Shown here: positions 1 through 6,972 of the stretch, piece by piece
Layout of the letters: every line of letters begins with the position of its first letter
Position numbering within the stretch: the first letter of the stretch is position 1
From: Bryobacterales bacterium
GTDB taxonomy: Bacteria > Acidobacteriota > Terriglobia > Bryobacterales > UBA6623
DNA: 64,000 nucleotides
Reading direction: 5' to 3'
Assembly: GCA_965214915.1 (NCBI GenBank)
Contig: CBDCCP010000003.1
Coordinates: 283,081 to 347,080, forward strand
Translations under genes and position numbers: made by a program
Notes under the pieces: model-generated
The model's database searches: none
Told to the model about the DNA's origin: nothing
Seen by the model: only the letters and a program-made list of their open reading frames with translations

Positions 1-366
1 GTTTAGGCGCGGGTTGTCCAACGCGGCCCTGAGCGCCGCGTCCGCTTTCGCCGACGGGCGGGCGCCGATCGCGTAACAAGCCGCTTCGACCAGACGCAGG
101 TCGCCGTCGCCGAGCATCTTCGCCAGCGCGTCCACCGACGCATCCGTTCCGATTCTCCACAGGCGGCGGCACGCTTCCTGCTTGGCTGCGACGGAGGCAT
201 CGGATTCCAGCGCCGCGACCAATGCCCGCTCGATCGCGCGGCGCGCCGAGGCGTCTCCGTTCGTGCGGTTGATGATTTCGTCCAGCTTGAAGAAAGGAGT
301 CGTCGATTTGCCGAAGTCGTAGGCTTCGATGCCGACGATTTTCGTCTTGATTTCCGTCTCGGTCAT
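1..366 (-). CDS. HEAT-like repeat protein, N-terminal 122 codons only; continues past the window start
   Basis: Absent from the ORF track because there is no stop in the window. My translation of the minus strand from ATG 366-364 reads MTETEIKTKIVGIEAYDFGKSTTPFFKLDEIINRTNGDASARRAIERALVAALESDASVAAKQEACRRLWRIGTDASVDALAKMLGDGDLRLVEAACYAIGARPSAKADAALRAALDNPRLN and is open to base 1. The Ala/Leu-rich helical repeats look like PBS-lyase/HEAT repeats. It starts 3 nt after the stop of the upstream gene. Confidence 0.6.
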   Translation of the reverse strand, partial: MTETEIKTKIVGIEAYDFGKSTTPFFKLDEIINRTNGDASARRAIERALVAALESDASVAAKQEACRRLWRIGTDASVDALAKMLGDGDLRLVEAACYAIGARPSAKADAALRAALDNPRLN

Positions 367-369
367 CGC

Positions 370-1653
370 TCAGACCCTCCACGGGGCGCGCATGGCGCGG
401 TAGATCATGCGGTTGGCTTCGTCGTCGCCGAGAAACCGCTCGCTCCCGGCGTCCCAGCGCAGCGGCCGCCCGAGGCGCAGGCAGATATTGGCGCAGTGGG
501 CAATGGTATGCGCCCGATGGGCGATTTCGGCGTGCGACCTGGGCAATTTCCGGGTGCGCATGCAGTCCAGGAAATTGCGCATGTGCGGTTCCTGAATCAG
601 ATAGTGCGCATCGGGCGGCTCGAGTCCTGCCAGAACGGAATCGGGTTTGGCCTGCATGCCTCCGCTGTCGGAGAGGAAAACCCAGCCCTTGTCGCCGATG
701 AACTTGAGGCCCTTGGCGCCGGTATCGAGATACAGCCGCAGGCCGTCGGCGTAGCGGGCGCGGACTTCGTACCAGTACGGAATGTTGTTGATGCCGCCTT
801 CGCTGCGGTATTCGGCCTCGCCTTCGTACGCGACGGGAGCGCCCATTTCGTCGCCGCGCGCCCATTGCAGGGTTTCGATGAAATGCGGGCCCATGTCGGC
901 GATCGAGCCGCCGCCCGTGTCCCAGTTGATGCGCCAGAGCGCGACGCGCTCGGCCGAATACGGCGCCCACGGCGCTTGTCCCAGCCAACGGTCGTAGTCG
1001 AATACTTCGGGATCGGGGGCGGGTTCCGGCGCGGCGAAGGCGTTGCGCTTCCAATTCCCGGAGGCGCCGAAGGAGAGGCGGACCGTGTGCAGCTTGCCGA
1101 TGCGTCCGCTATTGACGACATCGACCAGAAACTTGTACCCGGGGTTGGATTTGCGCTGGGTGCCGCATTGCCAAACGGCGCCGGTCTTTTTGACCACGTT
1201 CGCCAGGGCGCGGCCTTCGGCGATCGTCAGGCAGAACGGCTTTTCGCAATAGACATCCTTGCCCGCGCGCGCCGCCAGCGAGCTCAGCACGGCGTGCCAG
1301 CGGTCGCCGGCGCCGATCAGCACGGCGTCGATATCCGCGCGGTCGAAGATCTCTTCGTGGAAGCGCGTCGCCCTGCAGGCGGCGTTGCCGTAGTGGTCAT
1401 CGACCATTTTTTTGCCGAATTCCCGGCGTTCGCCGAACAGGTCGCAGACCGCGGCGACCTGTACGTCTTTCTGCTCCAGGAACGTCGCCAAGTTGCGGCG
1501 GTTTCGTCCGCCGATGCCGATGACCCCCAATGCGATGCGGTCGGAGGCGGGAGTTGCGCCGTTCAGGCCCAGCGCGCTTGCCGCTGCGAACAGAGGGGCT
1601 GCAGCGGTTGTTTGGCCGAATTTTCGGCGGGTAACCCGCTTGCCGTTGGTCAT
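370..1653 (-). CDS. Gfo/Idh/MocA-family oxidoreductase with twin-arginine signal
   Basis: Lies in ORF 370..2151(-). The protein-like part begins at internal ATG 1653 (MTNGKRVTRRKFGQTTAAAPLFAAASALG, an RRxF Tat-type signal). Rossmann motif GVIGIGGRN and VYCEKPF motif are present. The 166 upstream codons are Arg/Ser/Ala-rich and not protein-like. Confidence 0.85.
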   Translation of the reverse strand: MTNGKRVTRRKFGQTTAAAPLFAAASALGLNGATPASDRIALGVIGIGGRNRRNLATFLEQKDVQVAAVCDLFGERREFGKKMVDDHYGNAACRATRFHEEIFDRADIDAVLIGAGDRWHAVLSSLAARAGKDVYCEKPFCLTIAEGRALANVVKKTGAVWQCGTQRKSNPGYKFLVDVVNSGRIGKLHTVRLSFGASGNWKRNAFAAPEPAPDPEVFDYDRWLGQAPWAPYSAERVALWRINWDTGGGSIADMGPHFIETLQWARGDEMGAPVAYEGEAEYRSEGGINNIPYWYEVRARYADGLRLYLDTGAKGLKFIGDKGWVFLSDSGGMQAKPDSVLAGLEPPDAHYLIQEPHMRNFLDCMRTRKLPRSHAEIAHRAHTIAHCANICLRLGRPLRWDAGSERFLGDDEANRMIYRAMRAPWRV

Positions 1654-1702
1654 GCCGGCAACAGTGTACAACGGACCGCTCCCTTCGAGCGACAATAATC
1701 GC

Positions 1703-2533
1703 TTGACCGCGCGCGCCGGATGCTTCCAGTCCGAGAGAACCCTGCTGATGGGGGCGCTCAACGTCACGCCGGATTCTTTCTGGGACGGCGGGCGGTTCCT
1801 GTCCGCGGCCGCCGCGGTCGACCGGGCGCTCAGAATGATCGACGAAGGCGCGGATATCATCGACATCGGCGGCGAAAGCTCGCGCCCCGGCTCGCGCCCG
1901 ACGCCCGAAGCGGAAGAGTCGGCGCGGGTTCTGCCCGTTGTCGAGGCGCTCGCAAGGCGGGTCGACACGCCGCTCTCGGTCGATACGTACAAGCCCGCCG
2001 TGGCCCGCCGCTGCGTGAATGCCGGGGCGGCAATCGTCAACGATATCCGCGGCCTGACCGACCCGGCAATGGTTGCAACAGCCGTCGAGACGGGGGTTTC
2101 CGTCGTGCTCATGCATATGCGCGGCGAGCCGCGGACGATGCAGCAAGACACCGCCTACAGCGATGTCGTCACGGAAGTCCGCGAGTTTCTCTTGAAGCAG
2201 GCCGCCGCCGCCCGCGCGGCCGGAGTCGCCGAAATCGCCATTGATCCGGGCATCGGCTTCGGCAAGACGGCCGGGCAGAATTTCGAAATCCTCGCCAGGC
2301 TGCGCGAGTTCGTAACGCCGGACTACCCGCTGTTGATCGGCCCTTCGCGAAAATCGTTCTTGGGCAGTCTGCCGAGCCGCTTGCCGGTCGAGGAGCGTCT
2401 GGAGGGAACGCTCGCCGCCGTTGCCGCCGCCGCGCTCGGCGGCGTGAAGATCGTCCGCGTGCATGACGTCAAGCCTTGCCGCCGCGTGCTCGAAACGGTC
2501 GATGCGATTCGCGGGGTGACCGGTGGCCGATAA
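1703..2533 (+). CDS. folP: Dihydropteroate synthase
   Basis: Lies in ORF 1412..2533(+). Contains MGALNVTPDSFWDGG, DIIDIGGESSRPG, DPGIGFGKT and IGPSRKSF. The M of MGALNV (1748) aligns to the conserved internal Met of DHPS, so the start should lie upstream. Candidates are TTG 1703 (chosen), ATG 1652 and ATG 1748. Confidence 0.85.
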   Translation: MTARAGCFQSERTLLMGALNVTPDSFWDGGRFLSAAAAVDRALRMIDEGADIIDIGGESSRPGSRPTPEAEESARVLPVVEALARRVDTPLSVDTYKPAVARRCVNAGAAIVNDIRGLTDPAMVATAVETGVSVVLMHMRGEPRTMQQDTAYSDVVTEVREFLLKQAAAARAAGVAEIAIDPGIGFGKTAGQNFEILARLREFVTPDYPLLIGPSRKSFLGSLPSRLPVEERLEGTLAAVAAAALGGVKIVRVHDVKPCRRVLETVDAIRGVTGGR

Positions 2534-2888
2534 AATCCTGCTCCCCGCAATGCCGCTTGCGGCGCGGGTCGGCTGCAGCGAGGAAGAACGCCGCGCCCCG
2601 CAGCAAATCCTGGTGGATCTGGAGCTCAGCCTGGACCTTGCGCAAGCTGCGGCAGCCGATTCGGTCGACGCGACCGTCGATTACGTTGCCGTCAGAGCCG
2701 CTGTCGAGGAGGTCTGCTCGGCAAGGGCGTACAGTTTGATCGAAACTGTCGCCGAGCGGATTGCCGCGAAGCTGTTGGCCGACTTTCCGATCGATGCGGT
2801 TCTGGCGCGCGTGCGGAAACCTTCGGCGCTGGCGCGGTTCGGGGCGCCGTGGGCGGCGGTGGAAATCAGGCGAAGCCGCGATGCCTGA
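2523..2888 (+). CDS. folB: Dihydroneopterin aldolase
   Basis: 121-aa ORF with a GTG start: (M)ADKILLPAMPLAARVGCSEEERRAPQQILVDLEL...VDYVAV...LIETVAERIA, the FolB pattern. It overlaps the folP end by 11 nt, so the genes form an operon. Confidence 0.85.
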   Translation: MADKILLPAMPLAARVGCSEEERRAPQQILVDLELSLDLAQAAAADSVDATVDYVAVRAAVEEVCSARAYSLIETVAERIAAKLLADFPIDAVLARVRKPSALARFGAPWAAVEIRRSRDA

Positions 2889-3378
2889 CGCCTGGCTCGG
2901 TCTCGGCTCGAATCTCGGCGACAAGACGGGCAACCTGCGGGCAGCGGTCGCAGCGCTTGTCGAGCACGGAACAATCGCCGCCGTCTCGCCGCTGTATGCG
3001 ACCGAGCCGGTGGGCTGCGCCGATCAGGACTGGTTCTTGAACGCCTGCGCGCGCCTCGAGACCGACCTCGGAGCGTTGGAAATGCTCGGCGTCATCGCAC
3101 GCATCGAAAGCGACCTGGGCCGCGAGCGCGGGATACCGAACGGCCCGCGGACGATCGACATCGATTTGCTCCTATACGATGATTTGGTAGTCGAATCCGC
3201 CGAGTTGACCGTGCCGCACCCGCGAATGCATCTGCGGCGCTTCGTGCTCGAGCCGTTGGCCGCCCTCGCGCCCGATCTGATTCACCCCCGCTTGCGCAAG
3301 TCCATCGCAGACCTCCTGCAAGAGCAGCCCTCATCCCCCGCGGTGCTGCTCGCTCGCGGCGGCGTTTGGCGGCGCTGA
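2881..3378 (+). CDS. folK: 2-amino-4-hydroxy-6-hydroxymethyldihydropteridine pyrophosphokinase (HPPK)
   Basis: Internal ATG 2881 of ORF 2761..3378. Contains AWLGLGSNLGD, SPLYATEPVG, RTIDIDLLLY, LTVPHPRMHLRRFVLEPL. It overlaps the folB stop by 8 nt. Confidence 0.88.
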   Translation: MPDAWLGLGSNLGDKTGNLRAAVAALVEHGTIAAVSPLYATEPVGCADQDWFLNACARLETDLGALEMLGVIARIESDLGRERGIPNGPRTIDIDLLLYDDLVVESAELTVPHPRMHLRRFVLEPLAALAPDLIHPRLRKSIADLLQEQPSSPAVLLARGGVWRR

Positions 3379-4728
3379 CGATCGGATCATTCGCTCCAGC
3401 ACACGCTGCAGTTTCTCGCGGGCGGCCTCGGCCTCCGCTCCGCCGCGGCCGCGGGGAATCGGGCGCTGCTCCAGAACGTCCTCGGCGATATCGAACAACT
3501 GACCTTCCTGGTATAGCTTGTAGCGCCGGTTGCGGGCCCAGCGGTCGAGCTTGGTATAGGCTTCCTTGCTCCAGCCCGGCCGCGGGTCGTGATGCGCCAG
3601 CACCCACTCGCGCGGATTGCCCCGCTCGCCGCGCAGCCGGGGCGCGAACGAAACCCCGTCCATGATGCGTTCTCGGGGCGGCGTCATCCCGCACAGCTCC
3701 GCAAGCGTCGGAATAAAGTCGGTCGAATCGACCAGATCGTCGCTCACGGCGGGTTCGACGGCGCCGGGCTGGTTCGCGATCAGCGGCACGTGCGTCCCGG
3801 CGTCGGTCGGCAACCCCTTGCCGCCCTCGACGATGCGCTCGCCCATCTTCGAGCGGACGCCGCGGGGCGTTCCGTTATCGCTGAAGAACAAGACCAGCGT
3901 GTTCTCGCGCAAGCCCAACTCGTCCAACCGGTCGACGATCCGCCCGACAACTTCGTCCATGTACTCGACCATGCCGCCGAAATGCCTGGCGGCGTTCGAT
4001 TCGAAGCGGTCGCCGCGCTTCCACGCCTCGCTGCGGGGCGTCGGATTGAACGGCCCGTGAGTCAGCGCCATCGGATAGTAAACGAAAAAAGGCTCGTCTT
4101 TGTGGCGGCCGATGAAATCGTTGATGCGTTCGGTATAGAGGTCAGGCCCGTATTTCCCTGCGGTATCTTGCAGGTGCTTGCCGTTATCGAGAATCGTCGG
4201 ATCGGCGTAGCGCGAGCCTTTGTCTTCGGTGTGCTCGGCATGCCACAGGAAGTACTCGTCGAACCCGGCGTCCTCGGCGCGCATGCCCTTGCCGCGCCAC
4301 TCAGGCTCGAAATCGGGAGGATTGTAGCTGTAAAGCTGCCATTTCCCCGAGATACAGGTTTTGTACCCGGCGGCGCGCATCATGTGGCCGAACGTCACTT
4401 CGTCCGGGGGCAGCACGCCGAACGCCTGCCAGTTGCGGAAGTTGTACTGCCCGGTCATGAGCTGCAGGCGGGTCGGCGTGCAAAGCGGCTGCGAGTACGC
4501 ATGGTCGAAACGGACGCCGGTCCGCGCCAACTCGTCGAGGCGGGGCGTTCGGTAAGACGTTCCGCCGTAACAGCCCAGGCACTCGCAGCCCAAGTCGTCG
4601 GCCATGATAAGCACGACGTTCGGCCTGCGCCCCGAGCCGCCGGAACCGCCGCCGCAGGCGCCCGCGGCGAACGCCGCCGGCGCCGCCCCCGAACGCAAAA
4701 GAAATTCCCGGCGGTCGATCGGTTTCAT
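3331..4728 (-). CDS. Cys-type (formylglycine) sulfatase with Tat signal
   Basis: Lies in ORF 3331..4836(-). Start taken at ATG 4728 (MKPIDRREFLLRSGAAPAAFAAGACGG). Contains NVVLIMADDLG and the C-T-P-T-R active-site motif (SQPLCTPTRLQLMTGQ), plus the SGKWQL and FFSDNG blocks. Confidence 0.9.
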   Translation of the reverse strand: MKPIDRREFLLRSGAAPAAFAAGACGGGSGGSGRRPNVVLIMADDLGCECLGCYGGTSYRTPRLDELARTGVRFDHAYSQPLCTPTRLQLMTGQYNFRNWQAFGVLPPDEVTFGHMMRAAGYKTCISGKWQLYSYNPPDFEPEWRGKGMRAEDAGFDEYFLWHAEHTEDKGSRYADPTILDNGKHLQDTAGKYGPDLYTERINDFIGRHKDEPFFVYYPMALTHGPFNPTPRSEAWKRGDRFESNAARHFGGMVEYMDEVVGRIVDRLDELGLRENTLVLFFSDNGTPRGVRSKMGERIVEGGKGLPTDAGTHVPLIANQPGAVEPAVSDDLVDSTDFIPTLAELCGMTPPRERIMDGVSFAPRLRGERGNPREWVLAHHDPRPGWSKEAYTKLDRWARNRRYKLYQEGQLFDIAEDVLEQRPIPRGRGGAEAEAAREKLQRVLERMIRSSAPPNAAASEQHRGG

Positions 4729-4798
4729 GATCCCCTGACAGCCTACCGCGCCTCCTGCCCTTCCTGCTACTGAATTTACCGTTCCAGATCGGACGCAG

Positions 4799-5119
4799 TC
4801 ACATCCGGTCGGGTCGCTCGCGCCAACTCGATACATCCGCGAGTTCCTGGGCGTGGCGCTTTTGTTCTTCTTTGTCTTCGGCCGCGAGGTCAGGCAGGAT
4901 GATGTCCGCGTGATATGGATTGCAGAGTTGCGGCGTGGCTGCTACGCGCCGGTTGCTCGTTCCCGCATCTGCGACAGTTACCGCGGCCCAACCGTGGAAC
5001 TCCTTACCGCGGGCGGCCGCTCTTTTTTCGGCAATCGACACGGCTTCCTCCTCCGGGGCGACGGTAAGCCTGTCCACGGATATCTCCGTGTGTCCTTCCT
5101 GTATCAGGAACGCGTTCAT
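4799..5119 (-). CDS. Hypothetical 106-aa protein (family not recognised)
   Basis: ATG-initiated ORF: MNAFLIQEGHTEISVDRL...GWAAVTVADAGTSNRRVAATPQLCNPYHADIILPDLAAEDKEEQKRHAQELA. Protein-like composition. It lies in the more A/T-rich insert between the sulfatase and its duplicated 5' end. Confidence 0.5.
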   Translation of the reverse strand: MNAFLIQEGHTEISVDRLTVAPEEEAVSIAEKRAAARGKEFHGWAAVTVADAGTSNRRVAATPQLCNPYHADIILPDLAAEDKEEQKRHAQELADVSSWRERPDRM

Positions 5120-5188
5120 AGGAACTTGGCCGCGCCCGGTTCACATGTCGCGTAGAGAACACGCTACGCCCAAGTTCCTCATTGAGCG

Positions 5189-5635
5189 TTATATCTCCGG
5201 AAACCGCCATACGGGTGGACTATCTTGCCGTTTCAGGTCGGCCAGGGCTTCGCGCAGAAAACCGTCGGGAAGCGTGTCGGTCTTGGAATACCGAGCCCGA
5301 CGATGGTCCCCGTTCGTATTGACCAGGCACAGTGCGCCTTCATCCGAAGCACAAAGCAGCAAGACCGACCTTCCGTGACCGCCCGGCGCGTGGATTGCGA
5401 TCTCACCGTCCGGTATCGGATACACCTCGAACCGGCAGGGGGCAATTGCGTACATCTTTCTCAACAGGCGTCCGGCGTTCGCCAGCGCAATATCGGACGG
5501 CGACGGGAATCCCTCTTCACGCGCCTCGATCTTCACTCCCTCAAGATCACGCAGGGCGTCGTTCAGCAGCGGAGAATGGCTCTCGGCGAGACCAGCGGCG
5601 CCTTCTCCAAATAACGCTTCGCGGTTTCCACGCAC
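5189..5635 (-). CDS. Hypothetical protein, paralog copy 1 of the 8917..9279 gene (no ATG; GTG 5635 is the nearest start)
   Basis: C-terminal part of ORF 5189..5935(-). ...SHSPLLNDALRDLEGVKIEAREEGFPSPSDIALANAGRLLRKMYAIAPCRFEVYPIPDGEIAIHAPGGHGRSVLLLCASDEGALCLVNTNGDHRRARYSKTDTLPDGFLREALADLKR aligns along its whole length with the 120-aa ORF at 8917..9279. The ATG of copy 2 corresponds to GCC here, so this copy may be a decaying gene. Confidence 0.5.
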   Translation of the reverse strand: MRGNREALFGEGAAGLAESHSPLLNDALRDLEGVKIEAREEGFPSPSDIALANAGRLLRKMYAIAPCRFEVYPIPDGEIAIHAPGGHGRSVLLLCASDEGALCLVNTNGDHRRARYSKTDTLPDGFLREALADLKRQDSPPVWRFPEI

Positions 5636-5928
5636 TGAATATCCTCCTCGGCTAGAGAGAAGCCGGTTTGCTCGAATATCACGCGTCCCGGTACTGCCTT
5701 CACAGCGAGACCGCCCTTGAAGATCGCTTGAGAGAAAGCCGGGGTCGCTATGGGAGATTCTTGGATGGGCAGATTGGCGTCCACAATTGCGTTGTAGCGC
5801 AAAAAATCGGGATTGATGATCGACGGATCGTTCGATTGCACAACCGGAACAACGGAGAGTCCAGTGAGATCGATACTCTGACCCGCCATGCCGTCTTCCG
5901 GCGTTTTCTTCTGGCTCACGCCCGACAT
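5563..5928 (-). CDS. Hypothetical 121-aa protein
   Basis: ATG ORF: MSGVSQKKTPEDGMAGQSIDLTGLSVVPVVQSNDPSIINPDFLRYNAIVDANLPIQESPIATPAFSQAIFKGGLAVKAVPGRVIFEQTGF... Composition is protein-like and third-position GC looks lower than in neighbouring genes. Its 3' end overlaps the 5' extension of paralog copy 1 in another frame. Confidence 0.45.
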   Translation of the reverse strand: MSGVSQKKTPEDGMAGQSIDLTGLSVVPVVQSNDPSIINPDFLRYNAIVDANLPIQESPIATPAFSQAIFKGGLAVKAVPGRVIFEQTGFSLAEEDIQCVETAKRYLEKAPLVSPRAILRC

Positions 5929-5931
5929 GCT

Positions 5932-6063
5932 TCATATGCGGACAGCGATAATCGATTTCTCAATATATCGCCGGCCGCGCGCTGCCGCTGCAACGTCTCC
6001 GCAAGCGCCCGCGGCGAACGCCCCCGAACGCAAAAGAAATTCCCGGCGGTCGATCGGTTTCAT
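5932..6063 (-). pseudogene. Remnant of a sulfatase 5' end (Tat signal only)
   Basis: ATG 6063 gives MKPIDRREFLLRSGAFAAGACGD..., then unrelated sequence and a stop. DNA at about 6003-6075 matches 4657-4745 (the start of the intact sulfatase) apart from a 12-nt indel and a few mismatches. Confidence 0.7.
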
Positions 6064-6174
6064 GGGCTCTGTGACAGCCTGGCGCATGCTCGGCCGGCGG
6101 CAGGTTACGCGAGAATGCCCGGCCCTCTCGACCAAACGTGCAAGAGACTCCGCGAACTCGAGAACGGCAGAGGC

Positions 6175-6480
6175 TCAATTAGGTAACGACAAGACCGTCC
6201 AACTGTCGTCTGCATTCCTTTGAGCGCTGAAACCAAACCAAGTTACCGATTGGCCCACCTGTGGAGTCGTACCCGACATGGTTCCATCCGCAAACCGCAT
6301 TACCGCCCTCCCGCCTGACTCGACGGTGAATGTCGACCCGTTGTGGTTGCCGGCGCCGGAATTGGTGCATCTCTCGCCCGGCTGGACGACAAGGTTTACT
6401 TCACAGGCTCCTAGGGTATTGACTTGCGCCTGGGCGCGTCGCGGCGACATCAGGGCGTACACCGCCGCGGGCGTCGCCAA
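6175..6480 (-). CDS. Small secreted protein (uninterrupted part); probably begins at ATG 6617 but is split by a G10 tract
   Basis: ORF 6175..6480(-) has a TTG start. The same frame stays open upstream to 6636 and encodes ...DAARRRFIEQYGKLALATPAAVYALMSPRRAQAQ, a Tat-like signal, but has no start codon. ATG 6617, preceded by AAGAAGG, is one frame off. Confidence 0.55.
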   Translation of the reverse strand: MATPAAVYALMSPRRAQAQVNTLGACEVNLVVQPGERCTNSGAGNHNGSTFTVESGGRAVMRFADGTMSGTTPQVGQSVTWFGFSAQRNADDSWTVLSLPN

Positions 6481-6592
6481 GGCCAGCTTGCCGTACTGCT
6501 CGATGAACCGGCGGCGCGCGGCATCCCCCGCCTCAGGCTCTCGCGGCGTCTCGGACGGAGTCGTTACCGGAGTGAGGTTATTCCGGGTTTCC

Positions 6593-6602
6593 GGGGGGGG
6601 GG
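6593..6602. repeat. G10 (C10 on the coding strand) homopolymer
   Basis: Counted directly: ccgggggggg/gg across the 6600/6601 line break. It lies 4 codons after ATG 6617. Confidence 0.9.
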
Positions 6603-6972
6603 CTGCGTTCTTTTCATGATTGACCTTCTTGTGTGGTCAGCGCGTTGGGCAGCCGACGCCACGATAGGCCAACGGCTGCCTGTGCCCGTACATCTTAACG
6701 AGATCGGGTCGTCGAGGCGCAGCCTTCTGCGTAAAATGTTGTAAAGAAATTGCCGAGCCGCGCACTCCAGCACGATCGGGTCGTCGAGCGCAACCCCGGT
6801 TTCGTCTCCCTCGTCTCTCATTGCAAAGCGCCTCCCTCTCGCCGGCGCCTCCCTGTCCCGCGCCGTGCGGCGGAAGGGCTGTAGATGGCATACTGGTTGG
6901 CGCGCCGGAGCGCCGGCGGCGGATCCCCGCGCTCAATGCCGAGGACGCGGAACGCCCAAGGAGGAAAACATC

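Noticed and set aside
3331-3378. 48-nt convergent overlap of the folK and sulfatase 3' ends as a sign of mis-called genes
   Set aside because: Both ORFs show family motifs up to near their ends. Tail-to-tail overlaps of this size occur in compact high-GC genomes. Neither stop can be moved.
5636-5935. N-terminal 100 codons of the 248-aa ORF 5189..5935
   Set aside because: Only the C-terminal ~120 aa have a paralog. The N-terminal part is Arg/Ser/Gly-rich and overlaps the more protein-like 121-aa ORF (5563..5928) in another frame.
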